Below the pieces are notes generated by a model, which made no database searches, had not been told where the DNA came from, and saw nothing but the letters and a program-made list of their open reading frames with translations. DNA of 64,000 nucleotides from Burkholderiales bacterium. Lineage in GTDB: Bacteria > Pseudomonadota > Gammaproteobacteria > Burkholderiales > CAIKXV01. Made by a program: the position numbers and the translations under genes. Shown in pieces: positions 54,511-64,000 of this stretch (within the stretch, counting starts at the first letter, position 1; every line of letters starts with the position of its first letter). The stretch is from NCBI GenBank assembly GCA_038205245.1, contig JBBRCD010000003.1:5794-69793 (forward strand), written 5' to 3'.

Positions 54511-55575
54511 TCAACGGGCGAACGTGGTCTTGAGAAAGCCGACGATCACCTCGGCAGCCTTGGCACGATGCCCAGTGTTGCCCTCGACATTGGCACCGGT
54601 CGCGCTGCACAACTTCTTGCTCACCGCGCCGATCTGATCACCGGGGATGCGCTGGCCGGTGAACCGGTCGATGACCACGCCTGCTTCCAGGTCGAACTCG
54701 AGCGGACAGGTTTCCAGGACGCGCTGCGCGGCCGCAACGAAGAAGCGGCGGGGATCGTCTTCATCGAACTTGTGCCGGGCACCCGCGATGGTGACGAACT
54801 GCACTGGCGTACCCGCCTTGCCGATCTGCTCGGCGTATTCGCGGCAGGCACCGACAGGCGTGTAGTCGTCGGCATCGCCGTGTACCCAGAGCATCGGCGC
54901 CTTGCCATAGACGCCCGGGCGAACCGTGGTGCGGAACAGCCCGAGACAGCCGCCGGAGTAGACCGGTATGTGCGCGGCAAAGCGCAGACCGCCCGGCAGC
55001 TTCTGGCCGGCAACCACCCGCTCAAGGTTACTGCGAAACGCCGTGATGCCACCGCGCGAGAAGCCCATCACGGCAATACGCGAGGCATCGATACGCGGGT
55101 GCGTCGCCAGCAGCTGTAGCGCCGCGAAAGCGTCCGCGGTATCGGCGGCGAACGGCACGAGCGACTGGTCTTCCGCCGTCCCCTGCACGCCACGCGGCCC
55201 GAATGAATCCACCGACAGCACCGCGATGCCGGCGGCGTTGAACTGTCGGGGCCAGAACTCGAGCATCGCCTTGTAGATGCCACCCGAGCCATGAATCAGT
55301 ATCACCGCGGGTACCTTGGCGTCGCTGCCTGCGGGCAGAAACAGGTGGCCGGTGACGTTCACGCCGTCCGCGCCTGGGTTGCCCTTGATCAACTCGCCGA
55401 TGGTCTTCGGCGTCCAGCTGACGAAACGGTAGGTGCCGCTCGGCTGCCCGGCGGAGAAGTCGGTCACCGGGCTCTGGGCGGCGGCCAGCATGGCGAACAC
55501 ACTCAGCGCCCCGGTCATCGTCAAAACGAGCAAACGACGGATAGGGACCGGCACGGGCTGCACCAGGATACGCAT
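54511..55575 (-). CDS. Secreted dienelactone-hydrolase-like alpha/beta hydrolase
   Basis: Signal peptide; HGSGG, GFSRGG, HGDADDY, ARHKFD. Confidence 0.88.
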   Translation of the reverse strand: MRILVQPVPVPIRRLLVLTMTGALSVFAMLAAAQSPVTDFSAGQPSGTYRFVSWTPKTIGELIKGNPGADGVNVTGHLFLPAGSDAKVPAVILIHGSGGIYKAMLEFWPRQFNAAGIAVLSVDSFGPRGVQGTAEDQSLVPFAADTADAFAALQLLATHPRIDASRIAVMGFSRGGITAFRSNLERVVAGQKLPGGLRFAAHIPVYSGGCLGLFRTTVRPGVYGKAPMLWVHGDADDYTPVGACREYAEQIGKAGTPVQFVTIAGARHKFDEDDPRRFFVAAAQRVLETCPLEFDLEAGVVIDRFTGQRIPGDQIGAVSKKLCSATGANVEGNTGHRAKAAEVIVGFLKTTFAR

Positions 55576-55696
55576 ACTTGAATCTCCCTTGGTCAGACTG
55601 ACTGTCGAGGTCATGGTCGGATGCACGCAACTCACCGACAACGCCTCCCCAAAGCAGTCAACACCGGCAGTCAATACCGGCAATCAACACCCGCGA

Positions 55697-57058
55697 TCAA
55701 CACTCGATCAGTCCCGCGAACCCCAGCAGCCGCTCGCACCACGCGGCCACTGCGAGCACCCGGTCATCATCGCCCCGGGCGCCGACGATCTGAAGTCCAA
55801 GAGGCAGGCCGGTTGGTCCGAGTCCGGTCGGCACGGTGATCGCCGGCGTGCCAAGCAGGGTCCAGATCGAACAGAACACCGGGTCGCCACTGGTCTCGAT
55901 GCCGGCCGGCGCCTCGCCGCGCGCCGGCGGAGTCAGCACGGCATCCTGCCCTGCGATGAATCCGGCGAAGTCATGCTGCAGCGACTCGCGCACGCCGAGC
56001 GCCTCCCGGTAGGCGGTGCCAGGGATCGCTGCCGCCTGGTCGAGATAGCGGTTCAGCCAGTCGCTGAGCAAGCCGCGGTGGGCCGCCTGTACCGAAACGA
56101 AGTACCGGCTTGCTTCGAAGCCCATGATCAGCCGGTGGACCTCATGCGCTTCACCGAACGCGGCTGGCAGGTCCTGCGACTCGACGCGCGCACCGGCTGC
56201 GACGAACCGCGCGCAGACACGCTCGAACTCGGCCTGCATTGCCAGGTCGGCAAGCGGCCAGGCCGGGGTGCGCACCGCGATCAATCGAGGGCGGACACTT
56301 GCAGCCGGCGCAGCCGGGATCCTGAATCCGGCCTCCGCCAGCACGCTGGACACCCGCGCAACGTCGGCGACGCTGCGTGAAAGGCAACCCGGCTGATCCA
56401 GCGTCGGGGCGTAGCTGAGCACGCCCTCGGCACTGAACGCGCCGAGCGAGGGCTTGAAGCCGACCACACCGCAGAACGCCGCCGGCCGGATCACCGAGCC
56501 GTTGGTCTGGGTGGCCAGCGCAACCGGCACGCAGCCGGCCGCCACCGCGGCCGCCGAACCGCTGGACGATCCGCCCGGGGTGTGCGCCGGGTTCCAGGGG
56601 TTGCGCGTCTCGCGCGGATGCATGAAGGCGAACTCGGTGGTCACCGTCTTGCCGAAAACATAAGCGCCGGCCGCCTTCAGCCGCGCGACCAGGCGCGCAT
56701 CACGCGCTGGCATGCTGTGCTCATGGATCGGCGAGCCCATGCCGGTCGTCCAGCCCTGCGCGTCGATGATGTCCTTCACGCCGACCGGCACCCCGCTGAG
56801 CGGACCGGTACGATCGTTGCTCTCGGTACCGGCGACCGCTGACGCGTCGATCGCCTGCGCCTGTGCCACCACTCGCGCCGGGTCGATGCCGTTGAACGCA
56901 TGGATCACCGGCTCGACCGCCAGAGCGCGCTCGAGGAACGCCCGCGCATGCTCGAGCGCACCGCCCTGGCGTGCCCGGGTCGAAGCGACGATACGATCGA
57001 CGCTGTGCCTGACCGGTGAATCTGCAGGCACACCAGCCACCTTGCCGCTGGTGCTCAC
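55697..57058 (-). CDS. Amidase signature family enzyme
   Basis: GVKD, GKTVTTE, TPGGSSSGSAAAV, TQTNGSVIRPA. Confidence 0.92.
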   Translation of the reverse strand: MSTSGKVAGVPADSPVRHSVDRIVASTRARQGGALEHARAFLERALAVEPVIHAFNGIDPARVVAQAQAIDASAVAGTESNDRTGPLSGVPVGVKDIIDAQGWTTGMGSPIHEHSMPARDARLVARLKAAGAYVFGKTVTTEFAFMHPRETRNPWNPAHTPGGSSSGSAAAVAAGCVPVALATQTNGSVIRPAAFCGVVGFKPSLGAFSAEGVLSYAPTLDQPGCLSRSVADVARVSSVLAEAGFRIPAAPAASVRPRLIAVRTPAWPLADLAMQAEFERVCARFVAAGARVESQDLPAAFGEAHEVHRLIMGFEASRYFVSVQAAHRGLLSDWLNRYLDQAAAIPGTAYREALGVRESLQHDFAGFIAGQDAVLTPPARGEAPAGIETSGDPVFCSIWTLLGTPAITVPTGLGPTGLPLGLQIVGARGDDDRVLAVAAWCERLLGFAGLIEC

Positions 57059-57061
57059 CGG

Positions 57062-57889
57062 TCAGCGCCCGGAAAAGCGCGCGCCACGCTTCTCCAGGAA
57101 GGCCAGAACACCTTCAGCGTAGTCCTCGGTGAAGCCCAGTTCGCGCTGGCCTTCAGCTTCCAGGGCGAGGACCGCCTCCAGAGGCTGCTCTACCCCGGCC
57201 TTGATGGCGGCCGAGATGCGCCGATACGACCGGGTCGGCCCCGCTGCGAGCCTGGTGGCGATCGCGGCGGCCTCTTCGGAGAGCGCGGCATCGTCCACCA
57301 CCCGCCAGATCATGCCCCAGGCCTGCGCCTGCTCGGCGCCGATCTTCTCGCCGAGCAGGGCGGCGGCGTTGGCGCGCGCCGTGCCGATCAGACGCGGCAG
57401 GAAGAAACTCACGCCGCAGTCGGGCATCAGGCCGATCCGGCTGAACGCCAGCACGAAGCTCGCGCTCTTCGCCGCGATGACGATGTCGGCGGCCAGCGCC
57501 AATCCGACACCCATGCCGGCGGCCACGCCATTGACCGCGCACACCACCGGAATCGGCGAGTGATAGAGCTTCGAGAACAGCGGGTTCTTCGCCTCCAGGG
57601 ACGCACCCAGATCATGCTTCTGTCCGGCAGGCATCGGCTTGCGATCGGTGAGGTCGACCCCAGAGCAAAAGCCACGACCGCTGGCGGAAAGCAGCAGCAC
57701 ACGCGCGCCGCTGTCCGGCGCCTCGATCCTGGCCATGGCGTCGAACAGCTCGTCCTGCATCTTCACGTTGAACGCGTTCAACCGGTCCGGGCGGTTCAAG
57801 GTGATGCGGGCGACGCCGGCATCGATCGAAAAGGCGATGGTTTCGTAACCCGTCTCGTAACCCTTCCCGGAGCGCGTCTCTTTACTCAT
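57062..57889 (-). CDS. Enoyl-CoA hydratase/isomerase (PaaG-like)
   Basis: ITLNRPDRLNA, FCSGVDL, AVNGVAAG.G, GLMPDCG, EDYAEGV.AF.EKR. Confidence 0.9.
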   Translation of the reverse strand: MSKETRSGKGYETGYETIAFSIDAGVARITLNRPDRLNAFNVKMQDELFDAMARIEAPDSGARVLLLSASGRGFCSGVDLTDRKPMPAGQKHDLGASLEAKNPLFSKLYHSPIPVVCAVNGVAAGMGVGLALAADIVIAAKSASFVLAFSRIGLMPDCGVSFFLPRLIGTARANAAALLGEKIGAEQAQAWGMIWRVVDDAALSEEAAAIATRLAAGPTRSYRRISAAIKAGVEQPLEAVLALEAEGQRELGFTEDYAEGVLAFLEKRGARFSGR

Positions 57890-57907
57890 GGTGAACACTC
57901 CATCAGG

Positions 57908-58876
57908 TCAATCGGCAGGGGCGAGCGCGAGCGCGCGCCTGGCAGCTGCGTACTCGAGCTTCAACCGGGCGACAACCTGGGCGGTGGGCTCGACCGCTTC
58001 GATCATGCCCACGCCCTGCCCCGCACCCCAGACCGTCTTCCAGGCTGGCGGGCGATCGTCGCGCTTTCGGTAAGCGCCGCCCGGCTCAGGCTGCGGCAGG
58101 TTGTCCGGGTCCAACCCGGCCGCTGCGATCGATGGCTTGAGATAGTTGCCGTTGACACCAGAGAACAGCGGAGTCAGCACGATGTCGGCGGCGGTCGAGT
58201 CGACGATCATGGCCTTGTAGGCGTCGGCCGCACTGGATTCTGTGGTGGCGATGAAGCGGGTGCCGATATAGGCGAGATCGGCGCCCATCACCTGGGCTGC
58301 GAGCACCGACTGGCCGCTGCTCATCGCCCCGGACAGTACGATCAGCCCGTCATGGAAGGCGCGCACTTCCGACACCAGCGCGAACGGCGACAGCACGCCG
58401 GCATGGCCGCCAGCGCCAGCGCAGACCAGGATCAGGCCGTCCACCCCGGAGCGCAGCGCGCGCCGGGCATGCCGGACGCTGATCACGTCATGCAGAACGA
58501 GGCCACCGTAGGCATGGATGCGCGGCACGATGTCGTCCGGCGCGGACAGTGACGTGATCACGATCGGCGCTTCGTTGGCGACAACCACCTCCAGGTCGTG
58601 CTCGAGGCGGCTGTTGGCCTTGTTGACGATCAGGTTGACCGCATACGGCGCGACCCGCTCGCCCGGATGCGCGGCCGCATAGTCTGCGCAGCCTGTCTTG
58701 ATCTGTTTGAGCCAGCCGTCAAGCGACTCCTGCGGCCGCGCGTTGAGCGACGGTATCGCGCCAACGATGCCCGAGGTGCACTGGGCGATCACCAACTGCG
58801 GATTGGACACGATGAACATCGGCGCGCCGATCACCGGCAGCGCGAGCCTGCCCCTGAGCTGCGCTGGCAGCGTCAA
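57908..58876 (-). CDS. Nitronate monooxygenase family flavoprotein
   Basis: PVIGAPMF, GAGGHAG, GADLAYIGTRFIAT.ES, WGAGQG. Confidence 0.9.
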   Translation of the reverse strand: MTLPAQLRGRLALPVIGAPMFIVSNPQLVIAQCTSGIVGAIPSLNARPQESLDGWLKQIKTGCADYAAAHPGERVAPYAVNLIVNKANSRLEHDLEVVVANEAPIVITSLSAPDDIVPRIHAYGGLVLHDVISVRHARRALRSGVDGLILVCAGAGGHAGVLSPFALVSEVRAFHDGLIVLSGAMSSGQSVLAAQVMGADLAYIGTRFIATTESSAADAYKAMIVDSTAADIVLTPLFSGVNGNYLKPSIAAAGLDPDNLPQPEPGGAYRKRDDRPPAWKTVWGAGQGVGMIEAVEPTAQVVARLKLEYAAARRALALAPAD

Positions 58877-61344
58877 CGCCGCCTTCCTTCGCTCGCGGCA
58901 GGCGCGCGGCCCACCCCGGCAACGCGCATGCCGCTGGCGTCGCCATCGAGCGCCGGCGCACCGAAGAAATAGCCCTGCGCCCAGTCAACGCCCAGATCGC
59001 ACAGCACCTGCGCAGTACTTGCCTCCTCGACGCATTCAGCGATCGTGATCAGCTTGAACTTCTGCGCGGTGGCGACGATCGTCTCCAGCAACTGCCGGAT
59101 ACGGGAATCACCAACCGCGCGCGCAACCATCCAGCCCTCGACCTTCAGATAGCCGATGGGCAGGTCGGCAAGGTACTGGAACGACGAGTAGCCGCTGCCG
59201 AAATCGTCCAGCGCGAGGTTGAACCCCGCCTCGACCAGCGGCTGCAGGTGCTTCTTCAGCGATTCCAGGTCGCCGCTCTGGCGTTCGGTGATCTCGAGCA
59301 CATAGCGGCCATTGCGTGCCTCGGCAAGGCCGGACGACTTTGCCTGCACGATCAGCGCATCGACGCTCTCGCGGCTGGCCAGAAACTGTGGCGACAGATT
59401 GATGAAGTGGGTGAGGCGCAGCGTGGATTGCGAAGCTGCCAGCCGGCTGCTCGCGGCGGCGCCATGCTGCAGGGCGTGACTGGTGATCGCCTCGTCGATC
59501 GATGCCGAAAGCTGCAGCGACTCGGCCGCTTCGATGAACCGCGCTGCCGGGATCACGCTGTTGTCTGGCGCGATGATGCGCGCGAACGCCTCGTCACCGA
59601 CCTGCACGCCAGTGCGAAGATCGACGATCGGCTGATAGGCGGGGACCACGCGCGAATCCTGCAACGCGCTCTGCACCCGGGTGCCTTCCCAGATGACGCT
59701 GTTACGGCGCCCCTCGGCCGCCCCGGCGCACAGCACCTTGTCCCGACCGCCCTGCTTCGCCTCATAGAGCAGCCCGTCGGCTTCGGCCAGCATCTGCGCA
59801 ACTGTCTCCAGCGCGGGACGGTACACCGAGATGCCCAGACTGACGGTGAGCGGCAGTTCGCCGACACCGGTATCGAGCGGCCGCGCCTTCACCTGCTTGC
59901 GCGTACGTTCGCCCGCGACCAGCGCACCCGGGGCATCCAGGTCGTGGAAGCAGATCAGGAATTCCTCGCCGCCCCAGCGCGCCACCCAGTCGCCACCGCG
60001 CAGGTTCGACTGCACCACCTGCGCGATATGGCGCAGCGCCCGATCGCCGAGCTCATGCCCATGCTTGTCGTTGACCAGCTTGAAGCGGTCGATATCGACC
60101 AGCCCGATAGCAAACTTGCCGCGATTGCGTCTTGCCCGGTTCCACTCCAGCTGCAGCCGCGCCTCGGCCGCGCGCCGGTTGGGCAGCCCGGTCAGGTAGT
60201 CTTCCATCGCCAGCCGGGTGATTTCCTGCTCGGCCTGCTTGCGCTCTGACACATCGCGCCCGACCGAGACCCAGTGCTCGATCGCAGCACCGGCACCGGC
60301 GACCGGCACCACCGACAGGTCGATCCAGAACGGTTGACCGTCCTTGCGGTAGTTGATCAACTCGGCGCGCACTGGCTCACCGCCCTTGAGTGCAACGCGC
60401 ATCCGGTCGAGCGCGGCACCGGGCGTGTCGCGGCCCTGCAGGAAGCGGGGGTGACGGCCGAGCACTTCATCCGCCTCGTAACCGGTGATCCGCCAGAAAG
60501 CGGGATTTACATAGACGATGTTGAACGCCGGGTCGGTGATCAGCACCAGATCGTCGGATGCTTCGATCGCTGCCGAGAGCAATCGGCGTTGAATGACCTC
60601 ATCGTCCGAGGCGGAGACGTTGACCGCCATGAACTGGAGTTCATCCTGATCAGCCGCCTGCTGCATGAACGCGATGATGTCGAGCGTCACCGGCGCACGA
60701 TCCAGGCCCAGCGTGCGTACCCTCGCGCGGCCAGGACGGCCGCTCTTCAGCGACGCCTCGACGATCTCGACCAGCTTCTCCTGCGCAATGAAGCGTCCCG
60801 CAGGCACACCGACAAGATGCCCGGGGTCGGTGCCCAGAAAGCTCGCGAATGCCTCATCGGCCTGAACGATCAACCCGTCGGCGATACGCAGCGAGAAGCG
60901 ACCGACACGCATCGCGTCCAGAAACTCGCTCTGCAGCCGTTCGGTGAGCGTGCGTTCGCGCTCGCTGAAAACCGCGATGATTTCGGCCAGCGATTGATCG
61001 ACCACGCCGACCGTCAGCCGGTCGGACTGCTCGAGCGCCTCGCCAACTGCCGTCCACATCTTGCCGACATCGCCGCGCGCGGCGGCTGACCTGGCGGCAT
61101 CCAGCGCGCTGCGCACCGACTGGTCGAGCGCGGCAAGCGCAGACTGGGCTGGACCGGGCACCCCGGCGGCGCCGGGTATCGGCAGGGCCGGGGCTGGATT
61201 GGGCAACGGCATGCCTGCAGCGGCGGCGGCAAGAGCCTCCCTCAACACCCGTCGATGCGCGTCGAGCAGCCCGAGCAGAGGTGCGAACCGAAGCGAAGCC
61301 AGCACATCCGGGGCCGCCTCTGCCGATCGGTCGACGCCGGCCAT
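58873..61344 (-). CDS. PAS-PAS-GGDEF-EAL c-di-GMP turnover protein
   Basis: YVNPAF..ITGY..PRFLQG..NYRKDG PAS; DYLTGLPNRR, DIDRFK.VND..GH..GD, RWGGEEF; YQPIVD..EAFAR, DDFGSGYSS. Confidence 0.93.
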   Translation of the reverse strand: MAGVDRSAEAAPDVLASLRFAPLLGLLDAHRRVLREALAAAAAGMPLPNPAPALPIPGAAGVPGPAQSALAALDQSVRSALDAARSAAARGDVGKMWTAVGEALEQSDRLTVGVVDQSLAEIIAVFSERERTLTERLQSEFLDAMRVGRFSLRIADGLIVQADEAFASFLGTDPGHLVGVPAGRFIAQEKLVEIVEASLKSGRPGRARVRTLGLDRAPVTLDIIAFMQQAADQDELQFMAVNVSASDDEVIQRRLLSAAIEASDDLVLITDPAFNIVYVNPAFWRITGYEADEVLGRHPRFLQGRDTPGAALDRMRVALKGGEPVRAELINYRKDGQPFWIDLSVVPVAGAGAAIEHWVSVGRDVSERKQAEQEITRLAMEDYLTGLPNRRAAEARLQLEWNRARRNRGKFAIGLVDIDRFKLVNDKHGHELGDRALRHIAQVVQSNLRGGDWVARWGGEEFLICFHDLDAPGALVAGERTRKQVKARPLDTGVGELPLTVSLGISVYRPALETVAQMLAEADGLLYEAKQGGRDKVLCAGAAEGRRNSVIWEGTRVQSALQDSRVVPAYQPIVDLRTGVQVGDEAFARIIAPDNSVIPAARFIEAAESLQLSASIDEAITSHALQHGAAASSRLAASQSTLRLTHFINLSPQFLASRESVDALIVQAKSSGLAEARNGRYVLEITERQSGDLESLKKHLQPLVEAGFNLALDDFGSGYSSFQYLADLPIGYLKVEGWMVARAVGDSRIRQLLETIVATAQKFKLITIAECVEEASTAQVLCDLGVDWAQGYFFGAPALDGDASGMRVAGVGRAPAASEGRRR

Positions 61345-61357
61345 CAGCGGTGTGGGA

Positions 61358-62392
61358 TCAGCTGCACGCCGCGCCGCCTGCAGTCGCCAGGGCCGGCCGG
61401 GTGGGCAGCAACCGGTCGGCAATCCCGGCCTCGAGCACCCCGCGGCGCACCGCGGTCATCTCGGCCAGAATCGATACCGCGATCTCGGGCGGGCTCTTGC
61501 TGCCGATCGCCAGACCCACCGGGCCGAACAGGCGGGCGATCTCGGCCTCGGACAGGTCGAACTCGGCCAGCCGGCGCCGGCGCTTCTCGTTGTTGGCCCG
61601 CGAACCGAGCGCACCGACATAGAACGCCGGGGACTTCAACGCCTCCATCAGCGCCAGATCATCGAGCTTGGCATCATGGGTAAGTGCCACCACCGCGCAA
61701 CGGCTGTCCGGCTCCATCGCGACCACCGTGTCATCGGGCATGGTTCTGACCAGATCGACACCCGGCAAATCCCAGCCGAAGACATACTCCTCGCGCGGGT
61801 CGCACACGGTCACCCGATAGTCCAGGGTACGTGCCATCTCGGCCAGATAGCGCGACAGCTGGCCGGCGCCGATCAGCAGCAGGCGCCAGAGCGGCCCGTG
61901 CACGGTGACCAGTTGCCTGCCGTCGAACTGGAGCACCGCGTCGCGGGTGCCGGGTGCGAGGCTCATCCTGCCGGTCTGCATGTCGAGTGTGCGCAGCGTC
62001 AGCTCACGACGGTCGCTGTTGGCGATCAGCTGCTCCAGCATCTGCAGGGGCTGCGCATCGAGCGCCGGGTCGGCCACCGGCTCGACCACGATCGCCAAGC
62101 GCCCGCCGCAGGGCAGACCGAACCGCTCTGCCTGCTCGCGGGTGACGCCATAGGTGAGCAACTGCGGCGCGGTCGGCGCCGCACTGCCGGTCAGCTTGGC
62201 GATCATGTCGTCTTCGACACAGCCACCGGAGACCGAACCGGACACCATGCCATCGTGGCGAATCGCCAGCATCGCGCCCACCGGGCGAGGCGCCGAACCC
62301 CAGGTCTCGACCACGGTGGCGAGGGTCACGCCGTGGCCGCTCCGGCGCCAGGCGATCGCCGAGCGCAGTACTTCGAGATCGACGCTGTCCAT
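61358..62392 (-). CDS. XdhC/CoxI family molybdoenzyme maturation factor
   Basis: WGSAPRPVG, GSVSGGCVE, GLPCGG, THD..LD, YVGALGS, GPVGL.IG...P.EIAVSI.AE. Confidence 0.92.
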   Translation of the reverse strand: MDSVDLEVLRSAIAWRRSGHGVTLATVVETWGSAPRPVGAMLAIRHDGMVSGSVSGGCVEDDMIAKLTGSAAPTAPQLLTYGVTREQAERFGLPCGGRLAIVVEPVADPALDAQPLQMLEQLIANSDRRELTLRTLDMQTGRMSLAPGTRDAVLQFDGRQLVTVHGPLWRLLLIGAGQLSRYLAEMARTLDYRVTVCDPREEYVFGWDLPGVDLVRTMPDDTVVAMEPDSRCAVVALTHDAKLDDLALMEALKSPAFYVGALGSRANNEKRRRRLAEFDLSEAEIARLFGPVGLAIGSKSPPEIAVSILAEMTAVRRGVLEAGIADRLLPTRPALATAGGAACS

Positions 62393-62546
62393 GTCGGCAG
62401 GCCTTTGCTTCAGAAAGCCGATAGTTTATCCCTTGCGCCCGGGGCTGTCCGCATTCGGCGAGCACTTCGGTGCGTAGCGAGCACTGCAGTGCGTTCTCCG
62501 GTGCGCCCTTCGGTGAGCACCCCGGCGCAGACGGCGGTGCGCCGCC

Positions 62547-63803
62547 TCAGCCGGGGGTGAACACCCCGACCAGCGCGGCAGTGATGCAGGTGGCAAGGGT
62601 GCCGGACACGATCGAGCGCACCCCGAGGGCAGCGATCTCGGCGCGCCGGTGCGGAATCATCGTAGCCAGTCCGCCGATCATGATGCCCACGCTGCCCAGG
62701 TTGGCAAAGCCGCACAAGGCATAGGTCATAAGCAGCTCGGAGCGCGGGGACAACGCCGCGGGTGGCAGCGCGGCCAGCTCGAGGTAGGCCAGCAACTCGT
62801 TGAGCACGGTCTTCGTGCCAAGGAGCGCACCTGCGGTGGACGCTTCGCTCCACGGCACGCCGATCAGCCAGGCAACCGGCGCGAACGCCGCGCCGAGAAC
62901 ACGCTGCAGGCTGAGCGGCGCGCCAGCCAGTTCAGGCAGCAGCGCGAGCAGGTGATTGACCAGGGTGGCCAGTGCCACGAACACGATCAGCATGGCGATG
63001 ATGTTGATCAGCAGTGCGACCCCGTCCAGAGTGCCCCGGGTCAGCGCATCGGCCGACGAGGCGGCTTCGGACATCAGCCGCGGGATCGGGTCATCAGGCG
63101 CCGAGGGCGCCACCGGCACCATGATCACCGCCACCGCGATCGCCACCGGGGTGGCGATCACCGATGCCGCGATGATGTGGCCCAGGGCGTCCGGGAGTAC
63201 CGGACCAAGCACGCTGGCATAGAGCACCATCACCGTGCCGGCGATGGTGGCCATGCCGCCGGTCATCACGATGAACAGCTCGCCCCGCGTCATGGTCTGC
63301 AGATAGGGCCGTACGATCAACGGCGCCTCGACCATGCCGAGCAGCGTGTTCGCCGCCGCCGACACCCCGACCACACCGCTCACCCTGAGCAGCCGGGTAA
63401 GCAGGCGCGCGAACAGCGCCACCAGCCAGGGCAGCACACGCCAGTGAAACAGCAGCGCGGACAGCGCACTGATCATCAGCACGATCGGCAACGCGCGAAA
63501 GGCCAGGATGAAGGTCGATCCGGTGTTGGATTCGACGAATGGCGACGGTGCGCCGCCCAGATACCCGAACACCATTGCGGTGGCGCTGCCGGTAGCCGCA
63601 TCCAGCGCCAGCACCGCATCGTCGAGTAGCGAGAACAGACTGCGCACGAACGGAATGGTGATCAACGCCACGCACAAGGCCAGCCCGAGCGCAAGGCTGG
63701 CAGCGACCGTCCTCCAGGGAATGCGCGCGCGATCCTCACTGAGCGCCCAGGCGACGGCCAGCAGCCCGGCCAGGCCGAACGCACTTTGCAGCGAACCGCT
63801 CAG
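62547..63803 (-). CDS. Concentrative nucleoside transporter (NupC/CNT family)
   Basis: [19 protein letters not shown]-terminus, [32 protein letters not shown]. The only start option that keeps the conserved N-terminus is CTG. Confidence 0.85.
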   Translation of the reverse strand: MSGSLQSAFGLAGLLAVAWALSEDRARIPWRTVAASLALGLALCVALITIPFVRSLFSLLDDAVLALDAATGSATAMVFGYLGGAPSPFVESNTGSTFILAFRALPIVLMISALSALLFHWRVLPWLVALFARLLTRLLRVSGVVGVSAAANTLLGMVEAPLIVRPYLQTMTRGELFIVMTGGMATIAGTVMVLYASVLGPVLPDALGHIIAASVIATPVAIAVAVIMVPVAPSAPDDPIPRLMSEAASSADALTRGTLDGVALLINIIAMLIVFVALATLVNHLLALLPELAGAPLSLQRVLGAAFAPVAWLIGVPWSEASTAGALLGTKTVLNELLAYLELAALPPAALSPRSELLMTYALCGFANLGSVGIMIGGLATMIPHRRAEIAALGVRSIVSGTLATCITAALVGVFTPG

Positions 63804-64000
63804 GCGCGCCGCCAGACGGTACCAGCGGCGCTATCCTCGAGCACCACGCCCTCAGCGAGCAGTTCGGCCCGGATCCGGTCGGCGGTGGCAAAGTCGCGCG
63901 CCTGCTTCGCCGCGGTGCGTGCCGCGATCCGCACCTCGATCGCCACGGCGGCCGCGCCCGGATCGGTCGCGTCGGCTGCGCCGGGCAACGCCTGCAGAAA
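63800..64000 (-). CDS. cysS: Cysteine--tRNA ligase, C-terminal end (partial)
   Basis: [31 protein letters not shown]....TVWRR. Confidence 0.9.
   Translation of the reverse strand, partial: FLQALPGAADATDPGAAAVAIEVRIAARTAAKQARDFATADRIRAELLAEGVVLEDSAAGTVWRRA

Noticed and set aside
60240-60580. Blue-light LOV photoreceptor
   Set aside because: The adduct-forming Cys is replaced (HPRFLQ).
62395-62546. Molybdenum cofactor riboswitch upstream of the XdhC gene
   Set aside because: Several small hairpins are present, but I could not find the conserved Moco motif elements.

Overview
High-GC chromosomal window, most likely from a betaproteobacterium. The evidence is the multiple Bug/TctC solute-binding genes, the fmdB-DUF502-aspS-nudB-clsB gene order and a Betaproteobacteria-type anti-SD sRNA. 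Most of it is housekeeping or catabolic: aspS, the 3' end of cysS, nadA, nudB, clsB, pbpG, an ATM1-type ABC exporter, an mdeB-like E1 with an Lrp regulator, pta/ackA, acyl-CoA enzymes, amidases and a GGDEF/EAL protein. Points of interest: (1) a translationally coupled pair at the left edge, a ~2,930-aa Sec-exported DUF11-repeat fibrillar protein and a probable outer-membrane partner that the ORF track missed, with no recognisable T1SS/T5SS signature; (2) a Y1/RAYT-type HUH nuclease gene bounded by 26-bp terminal inverted repeats, with related GGGG(A/T)CAG palindromes dispersed across the window, one of them at the truncation point of a Bug pseudogene; (3) an attI-like recombination site beside that nuclease, with no integrase in view; (4) a probable sigma54-driven anti-Shine-Dalgarno small RNA; (5) a scar of a deleted nitrate-assimilation locus (nasT and ybiB fragments); (6) many short tandem duplications. 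No rRNA, tRNA or CRISPR array was found. All calls come from reading the sequence and motifs; no searches were run.
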